This document shows positions 1 to 14,449 of a stretch of DNA of 64,000 bases, one piece after another. Origin of the DNA: the human T2T-CHM13v2.0 reference genome, Homo sapiens. Under the pieces are notes generated by a model, which was not told the origin of the DNA, did no database searches, and saw only the letters and a list, made by a program, of their open reading frames with translations. The first letter of the stretch is position 1, and each line of letters opens with the position of its first letter. Location of the stretch: assembly GCF_009914755.1 (NCBI RefSeq), contig NC_060935.1; one strand, given 5' to 3'. Position numbers and translations under genes: made by a program.

Positions 1-439
1 GTCCCACTGGAAGATCCTTAGGGGCAGTTACATACATGGAGCTGCCATCTCCTGCAATAACAATGTCCTCTTCTGGAATACCCCCTAAACCACTTGCCTG
101 AGGCTGTTTTAGAGTTAACATCTTTCATAATAAGTAAAAGAAGTATACTCTAAAACAATGACAAAAAGTACATACATAAACCAGTAACAGTCATTTGTAA
201 TCATCATCAAGTACTGTACATAATTATGTGTGCTATACTTTTATACAGCTGAAATACAGGGGGTTTGTTTACACCAGCATCAACACAAACACATGAACAA
301 TACATTGTGCTGTGATGTTACGATGACTACAATGTGATTAGGCAATAGGAATTCTTTAGCTTCATTATAATCTCATGGAACCACTGTCATATATGTGGTT
401 CACAGTTGACAGAAATACTGTTATGGGATGCAGTGACTG
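1..439. mobile_element. Tigger3/GOLEM (MER7-type) TcMar-Tigger DNA transposon end, cut by window start
   Basis: Matches recalled Tigger3 terminal sequence (gtttgtttacaccagcatc...cattataatct...tgactg), followed by TA target site at 440-441. Confidence 0.85.
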
Positions 440-449
440 TAACATGGTT

Positions 450-680
450 GACATTGTTCTAAGTGTTTTATGAACCTCATTTGGTATTATTTAATATTCA
501 TTTAATATTCTTAAAAATCTTATGAAAAAGAGATTCGTGTTTCCATCTTCTTTTAATAAATGAGAAAACTGAAGTTTTACATGTTTACATAATTTGTCTA
601 AGTTCACTGAATAACTATGTAGTAGAACTAGGATTTGAAACCACACAGTTTAAGTCCAAAAGTCACACTCTAATTTATAA
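450..680 (-). mobile_element. MIR SINE
   Basis: Reverse-complement MIR core: aatgagaaaactgaag...taatttgtctaagttcac...ggatttgaaacc. Confidence 0.75.
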
Positions 681-1479
681 CACAATGCATATAGGCCTTT
701 TTGGTTCCAAAGCTCATACTCACATTTAGACAGGAGTAATATTCAGTGACTTGACTGGCTATAGAATGTGAGCATAAGGGAGGAATTAAACTCCTATATA
801 TTGGTGTCATTCATCTAGGGATGTACAATAATTACATCCTGAATTCATACTGTTCCCTGAATAAACCCTGAATTCATGTTATCATTGCCCTGACCAAATT
901 AATATAATGAAAAAGTCTGATGTCTTCCATGTGAATTAACCCTAAAATTAGAGTGCAGAGGGGGTGCAAGAGGGGAAACACTTATTAAAGATCATATAAA
1001 TGAATGGTCTTTGAGAATGAACGTCTTTCTGCCTGCATTGATTGGAATGGGGGTGTACAATAACACTTGCAGATAATCTCAGCAAGCTGAGGGGCCTTGT
1101 GGCTTCCCACTGTCATGCCTAGAATCAACACTCTTCAATTTGCAGTCAAAGGAGACTTTTACTTGAGGAAGCAGATTGGCAGTTTGCTTCTTTGGTCAAT
1201 GGGTGACTTTTCTAATCAAGGCCAAGTGGCTTAAAATTTGAGACCTTCCACTCTGACTCCTGAGGCTTCCCAAGACTAGCAGCTCATGTGTGGTGCATGC
1301 ACAAGGGGCCTCTTGCTCAGCTAAGGTCCTGCTGCTCATAGTCCAGCCCTTTGCTATTTGATACAAGCTGATACATTTCCCAAGCCTGAAGTCTCCATGT
1401 CAGCCTCCGTCTTTCTTTTCTTCTCTTCGAAGCTATACATTATCAAACCCCATTCACTTAACACCTTAAAGGTAATTAG

Positions 1480-1870
1480 TCTTCTACTTGCCAGCCTCAC
1501 TACCTTACCTTTAGTCTCTTTATTGTCTCTTGCCTGGATTACTCCAAAGGCTTTCTAATCTGGTCTCCAAATTCCCTTCTCCCTGCTACATTGCAATTCA
1601 TTCTCTACATAGCTCCTGATTAGTCTGTGTAAAATGAAGATCTGATCATGTAAATCCCTTGATTAAAAACCTTTATTAATTCCCATTGATCTTTGATGCT
1701 GTTCAAGCTTCTTAACATGAATCTACAAGGACCTCATGATCTGATTCTTTTTCCATCTATTGACACTCTACCCCTCCTCTGTGTCCTCTCCTGAACTCTA
1801 ATGAAGTTGTTCTTCCCCAAAGCACACTATGCTGTTTCATACCCCATACCTTTGAATATGAATTGTGTTT
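1480..1870 (+). mobile_element. L2 LINE 3' fragment
   Basis: L2-type motif atctgatcatgtaaatcccttgattaaaaacctt...cccattg; boundaries approximate. Confidence 0.65.
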
Positions 1871-4845
1871 TAATTTGTGCATTTAAAGCTTTATTCTCAC
1901 ATATTAATTTGCTATTCCTTTTTATAATATCAAGAGGTACCTAATGTAGAGCCATAGGCACCAAACCAAACCTTGACGTTGTGAAAGATGACATTCTCAG
2001 CCAGGCCAAGGGCAGAAGGGGATTCTGAAGCAAAATTTTATACATACCTCTAAGCTCTTGACCTGAGATGGAGCTCCATGCAGTCAGGACTTCTTTGTTG
2101 CTTAAGAGTTTATAGGTATTGCTCATCTACTCATTCCTTATTGCTAAACATCCTTGATGCTAATCAGCTGCCCCTTCTGAAGGTGAGCACCTGACACCAT
2201 ATTTAACAGATGGATTCTGTTGGCCATGCCTCCTCCCCTCTTTACTCTCCTTTGAGGAAGGCACCATCAGTCACTGTGAAAGTGGTATCCCTGCCAGTGA
2301 TGGCAAATGTCAAGCTCTTTAAAGACCAAAAAAGGGTCACACGTTGTATGCAGAGCCAGTAGTAAGAACAGATAGGGAGTCAGTTGTCTCTTCTAATGGG
2401 TCCGCTTACTTTCTTCTTGTACCATTGGAAGAAAAAAAGATCAGAATGGCTGAGTGTACCCAAGTAAAATAAATGTTACAAGGAAAAAAGAGAAACTGGT
2501 TAATCAGACTGGGTCTAATGTGGCTTTTAAGAAAGGCATTGAGTTGTAAGGGGAGTCTGTAAGCAGTCATAAAACTGAACCAATATAGGGGGTGCAGTAC
2601 ACCCAGTCCCATCAATGTGAGGAGACTTTTATAGATGTCCTTAGTGAGATACTTCAGGCTAAAGAGAATGGCAAAGAAATAAATTTTTGTCATTTAGTTT
2701 TGGATACCCTGAAGACTGCAAAGTCATTATATATGCCTCATAGCATGGCATCATGAGTAATATTTACAAGGATGAAATTTTCTGGAGCCCACTGCCTCCT
2801 GATTGTCTACTTTCTTGTCCAGTAAGAGTGAAGCATGAATGGTCATTTTCTCCCTTTGGTCTCAGTATTCTTACCCTTGACTTTTAGGAGATAGAAGCAA
2901 TATTGAATAGCCCATGGTTCATTCTTTCTGCCCAGAGGCTAACCAAAGAGAAATACTTTTTCCTGGGTTGGCTACTCCTTATCAAACGAAAATTACCTGC
3001 TTAAAGGTGGAAGCATCGAGGGGAGAGCAAGGCTTTCTTTGTTGTTCATATCGATGACCAAGCTGTCACTTAATGTTACTACCTCGTTTAGGAAGAGTCC
3101 ATTATATTGACTGGATGACTTACTTTTTCCTTCAGTTGAGACCTTTGAGGCTTTTGATACATTTGGGTTTCCAAGTAAAGAACAGAGGAGAGCAGAACTG
3201 TTCTGCATGCTACAGGGAGAAAGGAAATTGGTGCCTGAGGGCAAAGCAGGTAGGAAAGGTAGGAAAGAACAGAAAAGAGAATGGAGGAAGCAGCAATACA
3301 CAGTAAGCTTTAGGTGCAGGAACGTGACTCCGCCCCATGACTTCTCAGAACTTTGGAGACAATTAAACCCACAAGGTGTTTGGCATGTGTAGAGTCCTTA
3401 GAGAAATCAGTGAATGCTCTAATCTCTGCACAGATTGATACCAAGCAAAATGCAGACAACTTCAATGGACAAAAATGACTGTGATAAAGAGAAGCATCAA
3501 GATAAAAGCTCCTACAGGGGAATAAAAGTTGTGAGAGGGATTTGGGCTTTCATCAGCCTTGGGGTTGGTAGTAGCTGAACAAATTATACCCAGATCTTTA
3601 ATATGCTAATATCTCCCAGCTGTCTTCTGGGTAACATCAGTTATTTCCATATGCTTAAGTTTTGCTGTAGTCCAAACCACTTCTACGAGACAGGAAGGGA
3701 TTTCAGGCCAATGTTCTAGCCTGGCCTGAAGACCAAATAGTGAGTGTGCAAGTAGCAGTGCCCATGTGTCATTGCTTGCCAAAAATGTAAAAAGAGCACT
3801 AGCAAGAAGTGGCTACTAAGCTGTATCTTAGTCTATTAGAGCTGCTATAACAAAATACCATAACTTTAGGGGCTTATAAACAACATTTATTTCTTACAGC
3901 TCTGGGACTGGAACATCCAAGTTATAGGTGATGGAAAATTTTGTGTCTGGTGAGGACCCATTCCTCATAAATAGTGTCATCTTGCTGGGTCCTCACATGG
4001 TGGAAGGGGTGGATGAGCTCCACTGGGCCTATTTAAAAGGATACTTATCCAATTTATGAAGTCTCTGCCCTCAGGCTTTAATTATCTCCCAAAAGGCCTC
4101 ACCTGCTAAAACTATCACGTGGCTCATTACAGTTGACCCTCGAATGATGTGCAGGTTAGGAGTGCCAACCTCCCACACAGTTGTGTAACTTTTAATTCCC
4201 CAACATCTTAACTACTAATGGCCTACTGCAGACTGGAAGACTTACTGATAACATAAAGAGTCAATTGACACACATTTTTTATGATATGTATATATACCAT
4301 ATATATATCATTACATATATTGTATATATATCATTTTGTATGATATAATCATATCTTTCTCCAGCTTACCATAAAGTAAGCTAGAGAAAAATAAAAATTA
4401 TTATGAATATCATAAGGAAACTATATTTACTATTCATTAAATGGACGTGGATCATATATATTATACATATATATCATTTTATTATATATATATTTTTCTC
4501 CAGATTACCATAAAGCAAGCTAGAGAAAAATAATGGTTATTAAGAAGATCATAAGGAAGAGAAAATATATTTACTATTCATTAAATGGAAGTGGATCATC
4601 CTAAGAGTCTTATCTGCATCTTCACGTTGAGTAAGGCTGAGGAGGAGGAAAAAGAGAAGGGACTGTTCTTGCTGTCTCAGAAATGGCAGAGGCCTAGGAG
4701 GTGGAGGAGGTGGAAGGGGAGGCAGGAGAGGCAGAAAAGGCAGGCACACTCCATGTAATTTTTACAGAAATACATATTATTTTGTTTTTTTTTTTGTTGT
4801 TGCTTTTTCATTTCTTGAAAAGTGTTTGTATGTGGTACCAATTCT

Positions 4846-6300
4846 TTATTCATGATTTGCTTTAGTTTTAGTGCCAGTCTCATAGAATGATCCATGACAT
4901 AAAATAAGGAAAAAAGCAGTGTTAAATAATTGGATTGCTTCTGCCAGATTGTCTATTATCAATTTGCTTTCTGGCACTGCTTCTTCTGTGTCTTCTTCCT
5001 CACAGTCTGACACTGGTTCAGAAGCACTCATCTCCATCAAGTTGTCTTCTATTAATTTCTCTTGTGTGGTATCTATTAGCTCTTGAATTTCTCCAAGATC
5101 CATATCTTGAAACTCTTTACTTTCCAACTTTTTGCCATATCCACAGTGTCTGTCATGATTTTCTCGGTTGGCTTGGTCATAAATCCTGTGAAGTCATGCA
5201 CAACATCTGGACACAGTTTTCTCCAGCAGAAATTTATTGTTTGGGGCTTGATGGCTCTCATGGCTCACTGTTTCTCTAATAACAATGATGGCATCTTGAA
5301 TGGTGTAATTCTTCCAGACTTTCATGATGTGCTTTCTATCAGCATTCTCTTCTCTGGTGTTGGCAATCCTTTTAACACAGTAACTTGTATCATGAGCCTT
5401 AAAGGTTCTCGTGATCCCTAGATCTAGAGGCTAAATTGAAGACCTTGTGTTTGGGGGCAAGTAGACCACTTTCATGCCTTTGCTGTCGAACTCATGAGGT
5501 TCTTGGTGGTCAGGGGCATGTCCAGTATTAAAAGAACTTTACTGGCAAAGTATCTTACTGGCAAGGTACTTCCTTACTTCAGGGACAAAGTGCCCATGCA
5601 ACCAATTCAGAAAAAAGGATTCTTATTGTTCAGGCCTTGTTGGACAACAAAAAGTCTTCAAGTTAGTGTTTATCTTTTCCCTGAAAGGCTCAGGGGTAGC
5701 AGCTTTATAAATAAGAGAAGTCCTGATCATGAACCCAGCTGCATTGGCACAAAAGAATAGTGTTAGCCAATCCATTCCTGCTTTAAATCCTGGTGCTTGC
5801 ATTTTTTCTTTCCTAATAAATGTCATTTGTGGCATTTTTTTTTTTCCAGATGGGCACTTTTGTCCACATTAAAACCCTGTTCAGGCAGATATCTTTTCTC
5901 CTCAATGATTTTCTTCATGGTGTCCGAAAACTCTTCTGCTGCCTCTTGATCAGCAGAAGCTGCTTCTCCTGTTTGCCTTGACATTTTTTTAAAGGCAAAT
6001 CTCTTTCCGAAATTTTCAAACCATCCTTTGCTGGCATTAAATTCTCTATCTTTAGATTCTCATCTTCCTTTTGCTTGAAGTTGTCATAAAATGACTTCAC
6101 TTTTTCTCAAATCATATTAGAGTCTACAGGTATGCCTTTCTTAGAGCAATCTTGCACCTATATAAAAGCTGCATTTTCAACATGAAATAAAAAGTTATTT
6201 CACAGAAAGTGCAAGGTTTCTGTTACCTCCTGATGTAGCTGCAGTGACAGCTTCATGAATTTCTTTCCTTCTTTTTTTTCTTTCTTTCATTCTTTTTCTT
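4846..6300 (-). pseudogene. Tigger2 transposase remnant, frameshifted
   Basis: ORF-track pieces 4846-5127, 5076-5261, 5623-5835 and 5915-6100 lie in different frames and resemble a DDE/CENP-B-like transposase. Confidence 0.85.
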
Positions 6301-6930
6301 TCTTCTTTTTTTTCACAATTTTCCTTATGCTTGATTCATTTATCTTGAAATAGTGGGTGACCACAGCTGCAGATCTCAGTCTCCAGTACACATGGAGCTA
6401 TTTAACTTTTTTTTTATAATGTTATAACTTCACTCTGCTTCTTGGGAGCACTTCTAGCATTATTAACAACATTTTGTATAGGTCCCATGGTGTTCTTCAA
6501 GACTTACAGTATTGCACCAAACACAATGAAAATACAGAAAACCTTAACAGATCACCTTTTACTGTAATACACAATTTACTAAAGAGAGAAACTGCTTCTA
6601 CAGAGGTGAAAAGCCTCTCATGGCATTTTTAGCTCATACTTGGAACATGTGAACTCATCACAATACCAACAGGAGGTAGCTCCAAAATTATTACAGTGGT
6701 ACAGAATGTACTACAATTTATGTAGTTATGATTTGATACTGAATCTTTGTTTACGCTCCTGATTGCCAATGACATTATCTACAGTCTGTGTTTGTGTGCA
6801 TAAGTTTTGATACATTTTAACTTTTGATAATAGATTTGTATATATATTATAGTAGTAACTGATATAATAGTATCTATGTATAATTTATGCACTCATGACA
6901 CATCTTTTTTTATTTTTGTGATATTTCTAG

Positions 6931-7301
<371 letters not shown>

Positions 7302-7829
7302 TGAAAAGATCTGTGTGTGAATGGACTCACATAGTTCAAACCCGTGTTGTTCGAGGGTCAATTATAGTTTTAACATATGAATTTAGGGGGAGGGAGAGAC
7401 ACAAACATTCTATGAAAGCAAGTCTTAATCTCTTAGATCTTGAGAAATATAAAAAGTAGCGCATTTTGCCATTGTGACTTTCCAAGGACGTTGAAAAAGT
7501 TGTCACACAGGGTCAAGTGGGAGACTACATTTTGACCAAAAATAAAGCAAATGGGACCCAGAGTTTTCCCATATGGAGAGGCAGTGTTGTGTAATGGATA
7601 GAACCTAAGCATCAGAGCATGAGTCATCCCATTCCTCACTCTGCACAGAGGCTTTTGGCCGCAAAGGAGATGGATGAAGATTCAGGACCACACCCTGTTC
7701 CTTTTCTTTTGCCTTCCCTCCTATGCTCCGCCCCGACTAGCATGATTCTATATTTCCAACTGTTCACCGTTGTTACCAAAATTTCCAATTATAGCTTTGT
7801 TGGAGTACCTGAAATCTCCCCTCCTACTA

Positions 7830-7945
7830 ATATAAATCTAGCTGTGGGACTGGAGAAGTTGCTTTGCCTTTCAGGCCTCAGATTTCTCATTTATGAAATA
7901 GAGGTTTTAGAACAGATGGTTCTTTCTAGCCTTATGATGTTATGA
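7830..7945 (+). mobile_element. MIR/MIR3 fragment
   Basis: ctagctgtg...gcctcagatttctcatttatgaaatagagg. Confidence 0.6.
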
Positions 7946-8759
7946 ATAAAGATTCCTATTCCTCAAAATCCATTCCTTTTAGATCTTTGATTTTCGAGGA
8001 TTTCAGTATGAGAGAAGGTTTTGCACCATAATCAGCATGCCATGGGCTCAGATTTCTCATGTGTAGTTTTCAAATGGTCAGAATGAGAAATGCTGTAGCG
8101 TATTTATAAACTAAAGACTAATGTGACATTAAATACTAAAAATGCAATGCCATGCTAGACGTGATGGCTGAATATTCATTAGGCAGAACATTTTTATGTC
8201 AAAATTAAATGAGTAAAGATGTTCAAAATGCTTTAATTTGTGGCTGATTTTAACCACAAATTATTGTTGCAAAATTTGGTTGAACAATTCCCAAGTCCTT
8301 TCTCTGACAGGTTTTTTTTTTTAATAGTATTAAACATACATACATACAACCTAAAGTTAATAGACCTCTTTCTTTTTGAAGCGGAGAACTTTCAAAGAAC
8401 TACTCTCCCCTTTACACAAGTTTGCTCATCAAAATCTGTTTTTCTTTGATCTTAGACTTCGGCAATTCATCAACAAACGGAGTACTACAGTCTTTATGAC
8501 ATGATGAAATTCTTCTCAATCTATGACAACTTTCTAGGATAGATGTACAAAAGGGAAGAGCAATTATCAGTCACTCAGTATGTGCTTAGGACAGCAACAG
8601 GCTCACAGGCCTTCACTGAAAGAAAGCTTGTGAAGGGGATGCATGAATGAATGAATGGATGCACAATAAGGGTAACTGAAGATCTCCCATTTAATGCTCA
8701 GTCCTCCAGGACAGCCACTGCAGCACCCACACTATGATTAAGTTTTTAGAAAAAGTACC

Positions 8760-9190
8760 TGATATAGTTTGGTTGTTTGTTCCCAAATCCCATGTTGAAA
8801 TGTAATTCCCAACGTTGGAGGTGGGGCCTGGTGGGAGGTGTTTGGATCATGGGCATGGGTCTCTCATGAATGGCTTGAGCCATCACACTGGTGATAAGTG
8901 AGCTCTTGCTGAGTTCACACGAGATCTGGGCCTTTAAAAGTATGTGGAACCTCCCTACCATTCTCTCTCTCTTTCCTTTTCTTGTTCCCGCTCTGCCATG
9001 TAAGATGCCTATTCCCACTTTGCCTTCTGCCATGAATAAAAATTCTCAGAGGCCTCCCCAGAAGCTGAGGAGATGCCAGTGACATGCCTGTACAGCCTGC
9101 ATAACTGTGAGCCAATTAAACTTCTTTTCTTTCTAAATGACCCAGTCTCAAGTATTTATTTATTTATAGCAGTGCAAAAGGCCTAACGCA
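8760..9190 (+). mobile_element. MSTB-like MaLR solo LTR
   Basis: TG...CA ends; tgatatagtttgg start; aactgtgagccaattaaac; 5-bp TSD gtacc/gtatc. Confidence 0.9.
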
Positions 9191-9243
9191 GTATCCAAGG
9201 TCCCAGAGTTTATAAGTGGTGGAGTAAAGATTTAAATGGACAG

Positions 9244-9615
<372 letters not shown>

Positions 9616-9689
9616 TCATGACATAAATATATTATTGTATTTTCATTTACTCAACTGGGGGAATTATATGCCTATAGATAATACGACAG

Positions 9690-9915
9690 CATATAAAGGA
9701 TGCAGTGTTTAGAATTAGAGAGGTAAATTTAACTTCTGCTATTTAGTAGTTGTGTAACTGTAGTTGAGTTCATTAACACCAAGGCTTAGTTTCTTTATAT
9801 ACAATATAATGACCATATTACCTAGAAGGGTTGTTCTAAGGATTAGACAGAATATGTACCGAGTGCCCCCATATATCAGATGTGTCCTGATGTTCAACAG
9901 ATGGCAGACGGTATT
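9690..9915 (+). mobile_element. MIR SINE
   Basis: ctgctatttagtagttgtgtaac...ggcttagtttctttat...agggttgttctaaggatta. Confidence 0.65.
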
Positions 9916-10355
9916 ACTATTATAGGTGCTGATTAAATATTTCATGAATAGTAGCATTGATTATAAAAACATTTGAACAGCTCAGTGCCTTTTCAACTTC
10001 TAAAAAAGTGAAAAAACACACAAAGCATTTTGAAATCTCTAATGAGCAAATGGAAATGTAAAGTTTTGGCACTAAAAAGTCATTACTGTAAGAGAGGTAA
10101 TTACTAGTGTGAGCTGTCTGTAGTATCACTGGCTTGACTCCTAATTTTGTTTGAGACAAAGGTCTTAGCAATGCCTAATCAGTTAAACTCCTAAAAGAAA
10201 AGAGATTTTGCTTGAGCTGTACTCATTCATCCTTTTCTTACTACTGAAGCGAAGTTCCTTGTTGTAGCTCTAAAGAATTACACACACAGTTTCTGAACCT
10301 CCCAGGTGACACTTGTTATGTGCTTACCAGTCACTAAGTGAATAACATAACTCAC

Positions 10356-10494
10356 CTTTTTGGTTTCTGTATCAGCTCTTTCAATTACAACACTGATGTG
10401 CTAGGCCTGCCTGTGTGACTGTATGTTGTTGCTAATGGAGTTTTCTCTGCTTACTTTGCAGAAATGGAAAGCTGTTTTGGTTTCATTTCTTATA
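10356..10494 (-). promoter_or_regulatory. Candidate TATA/Inr core promoter and non-coding first exon
   Basis: Minus strand TATAAGA (from 10494) lies 29 nt upstream of the A of Inr-like CCATTTC (10465); donor AAG|GTGAGT at 10356/10355; motif evidence only. Confidence 0.3.
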
Positions 10495-10849
10495 CAGTGT
10501 AGCTAGTTAGCCTTCGGTCTCTCTTTATACATATAAACACTAAAATATGACTACTTGATGGTGTTGCCAATCCAAATGTTATAACTGGTATGAATGTGTA
10601 GACTGATTCTATTTAAAAGTAGATAGAAGTAAAAAACTTAAACTCTTTTGCCTGATACTTGAGGGTGACACATGCTGGGACAGGGAGGGGAAAGCAACAC
10701 GTTTATGGAGAGTATAATGGAGAGTAGCAGACACATTTTTACCCAGGACCAAAATCCTGGGTAAAAATTTTAGTTAAGTACGCTACCATCATCTTCCTTG
10801 TCCTCATCATAACAATAACACTAATAAATACAATAAGAAACAAAATAAC

Positions 10850-11290
10850 AGCTATACCCTTTGCATAGGTACTGTACTAGCCATTTTAGTGTTTTGTATC
10901 ACCTGAAATTTACAACAATATTATGAGGAACATATTATTGCCTTCTTTTGGGATCAAAAATGGAGTGTTGGATGACTGTATTATGATGTAGTTCTCTCAA
11001 GTTGCAAGTTGCAGAACTGTGATTCACACATAGGAGGTTTAACCCCAAATTCTTGCTCCTTTTACCACGTCACTGTACATTCCCACTCAGACCCTACACT
11101 GTAATCATGTTCAGGTCACATAAACTTCATGAACCTCTGTTTCCTTATCTGTATAGTGGTCATAATCATGATAACCAGGTCACATTATTTGAAGATCAAT
11201 TATAATAATATATAAAGATATGCCTTATCTTTTATAGTGTGCTGTGTAATGGTTGGATTATCTCTCCTTGCAATACCACTACTATCATTT
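10850..11290. mobile_element. Two diverged MIR copies in opposite orientation (~10850-11070 minus, ~11100-11290 plus)
   Basis: MIR core aacctctgtttccttatctgtat, and reverse-complement tail taggtactgtactag. Confidence 0.5.
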
Positions 11291-11749
11291 TCACAGCAAC
11301 AATAGCAAAAACAAGGTCCCCTCCAGTGAGACACAAAAAGTAAAAGAAATTCAAACTGAGTCTATCTGCAAGATAGGTGACCTGTTTCCTACAACAGAGT
11401 ACATCAAGCTTGCCCTCAATGTTCCTTTACTGTCCCCCTGCTACTTAATACAAGCCCCAGATTGGTGCTGCCCCATGGAAGAAACCTAAGGAAGAAAAAG
11501 TGCTTAATGTCAAGACTGCCGTGGATGGAAACACACTAGAGAGTAAGTCTTAGAAATTGAGCATTTTTCCTGATTTTATGCTAGGCTTCTCAGCAAAGGG
11601 ATCTTGGATGCATCTCTATAACATGTGTTGGAAGGAGTAGAAGATTCCGTTTAGAAAAGATGGGATTAGACTCATTGCAAGGACATCTGAAGCAGACAAA
11701 GAGTGATCCTATTGCATATGCTCCATTTCCCACAGTCTTCTCTGCAAAT

Positions 11750-11850
11750 TTTATTTTTTTATTTCCAAGTTTATTTTATTTTATTTTATTATTTTATTTT
11801 ATTGGGGAACAAGTGGTGCTTGGTTATGAGTCGGTTCTTCAGTGGCAACT
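11750..11850 (-). mobile_element. Very short L1PB-like 3' end with A-rich tail
   Basis: (TTTTA)n followed by ttggggaacaagtggtgcttggtta...ttcttcagtgg. Confidence 0.65.
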
Positions 11851-11884
11851 TTAAGTCACTGTTTCTCAACTCTAATCTGACCAT

Positions 11885-12533
11885 TGTGTACTCTAACTGG
11901 TGATGCTGAGACCAGCTCTCTTCAAACAATTTTATTTTTTATTTTTTGCCAGCAGCTCCCTGTTAAGATGTGACAGCTGGGGGTGTTAGAAGGAGACCAA
12001 AATATTAGAGGGGAAGAAAAGAGACTGGGAGAGATTTGCTTCCTCATGCCTCCTCTCTGCTGCCGCACAAACTCTAGCTACTTTTCACATTGTCAGCAGC
12101 AGTTTCCCCCTAGAAGAGCAGCTAAATCCAGTCTGCAGTTTTTTCAACACTTGCAGAAACAGCTTTGTCCTGCCCCCTTCATATATCCCAGCATTAGCCA
12201 ACCAGAACGTTTTCCTCATGGCTCAGGGTTTCACCCCACTGGAGTCTTCCTTTGAGCCCAGAGACCTCGAACCCAGCAGAGCAGTGCTCCTTCCTCAAAG
12301 GTCTGAGTTTCAGCTCCATACTGCCTCTCCTCTGAGCTTTTAAGGATTCATAATTTCAAATTCTTCCCTTCCCTTTCTGTAGTTGCTACCTCCATAATAC
12401 CTTAATGTTTTCCTCTTACCTTTTCAGTTATCTCATTAACAACTGTATACCTAGTTAATGATTTTTTAATATTGAGTATTCTCTGCTCCAATAACTGGTA
12501 TGGGTTTATCTCCTGCCGGTGCCCTGTGTATAT
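11885..12533 (+). mobile_element. ERVL solo LTR (LTR41/LTR33 family)
   Basis: ccagtctgcagtttttcaacacttgcag, cagcagagcagtgctccttcctcaaaggtctgagtttcagctcc, and terminal aataactggtatgggtttatctcctg. Confidence 0.7.
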
Positions 12534-12659
12534 ACCTTCCCACCTGGCATTTAAGTCAGATAACAAGACTAATGGGTGTGACCTTTGGCAGGAAGGCAGT
12601 GAGAACATTAAATTCTGATGGCTGAAAAGATTGTGAGTCTTTGGGAAATGGAGAAGGTT

Positions 12660-12865
12660 GTCATTTATTGAGAAGTTACTATGTGCAAGCACTGTGCTAA
12701 TCATGTTGTCTCTAAAACACATTGTCTCTAAAACCTCACAATATTAAATTAATAGTATGAAAAGACTCATAATCTTTTTATAAATGAAAGAGGTTGAATT
12801 ATTTACCCAAAGCTATACCAGGGGCAGAATTGAGATCCAGATTCAGGTTTTGTCGATGATGCCAT
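12660..12865 (-). mobile_element. MIR SINE
   Basis: catttattgag...actatgtgcaagcactgtgctaa...tttacccaaag. Confidence 0.65.
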
Positions 12866-13854
12866 CTAGTCTCAATCAAGAAAGGTACAAGTAAACCTCC
12901 AAGGTTCATTCAGTTTTGTTGCTATTCTTCAGAGGAGAGAGGGAGACAGGTAAAACATTTTTTTTTTTTTAAATTTAGGAGCAAAGATTGTTTATGTACA
13001 TTGGTCTGTTTGCTCAGAAACAATCAAAACAGACAAAGTCCTAGGCTGGGATTTCCAATGAGCCTGCTGTAATTATTCCCTTAACAGGAATTGGTCATAA
13101 CGTAGGAAATACCAATTATCCAACTCCCTATCACCTACTACCATAATCCCCTAGGAAAAACAAAACTAAACTAATATTTTTTAAAAGAAGGTATGTACCT
13201 ATAATGTCTGCCTACTTCTGGACTGTCCTGTGCCCAAAATCTGTGTCCCTGGAATTTTTAAGGGTCTCATGTTTATTTTGATTAACACTCAGGAGTGGAG
13301 GTCATGATTATTACAAATGAGATAAGTTTGTGGGATTTTTTTCACCAATGCAGTCATCCACTTAGTCAACCTATTTTCAGGGAAAATCCTTCTAGCAATC
13401 AGGCATTTTTCTATCACTGGGGATCCAGAGATGATTGGAATATGGCCAGTGTCCACAAGGAACTCCTAGTTTATTGGCAGGGATACATCTAAAGACAGAT
13501 AATTACAGTGCAGAGTAAGAAGTATAACATTAGAGGGAACTAGTGAAAACAATGGAGGCATAGTGCAGAGCTTCCTAGATGATGGGGTACGGTACACATG
13601 TAGGATGCAGCTGCATGACAGTGGGCTCAGCTACTAATCCTCTTAGCTCTTGAGGTGTGTAGCTAGTACTTGGAATGGCCAGAGCTGCAGCTGGTCACCC
13701 CTAGCTAGAAGCTGCATTCTATTTGCACCATGTATTGTAATAACACTTTGCATGTGTGTCACAATGAAGAAAATGTTGGAAGGCATTGATATACCAAAGG
13801 AAATGGCCAACCCCAGGGCCAGTAAGAGGGAATTTTTAGAAAATGTGATATGTG

Positions 13855-14184
<330 letters not shown>

Positions 14185-14449
14185 AGAAAATGTGATATGT
14201 GGCTGGATATTAGCATCTGATTAGAGGTTATGTACTGGGGCATTCAACACAGAGAGTACACCTTGTATAAACATACACATATGAAAGCAAGAGTTGTGTC
14301 CTGGAAACTATGGTAAGTCTGCGCAATAGGGAAAGGTGGAGAAGAGGTATACAACAAACCCAAAGAGGTAGGAAAGAACTAGATCCTGATACAAAGCTCA
14401 GATTTATGTTCTCTGTCATAAGATTATTAGACAATGTTGAGTATTTCAC

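Noticed and set aside
2400-2720. Possible ancient LTR fragment
   Set aside because: Only a vague resemblance; I could not assign family or boundaries.
4549-4749. Proline-rich ORF
   Set aside because: Translation of the purine-rich tract in the Tigger2 terminal region.
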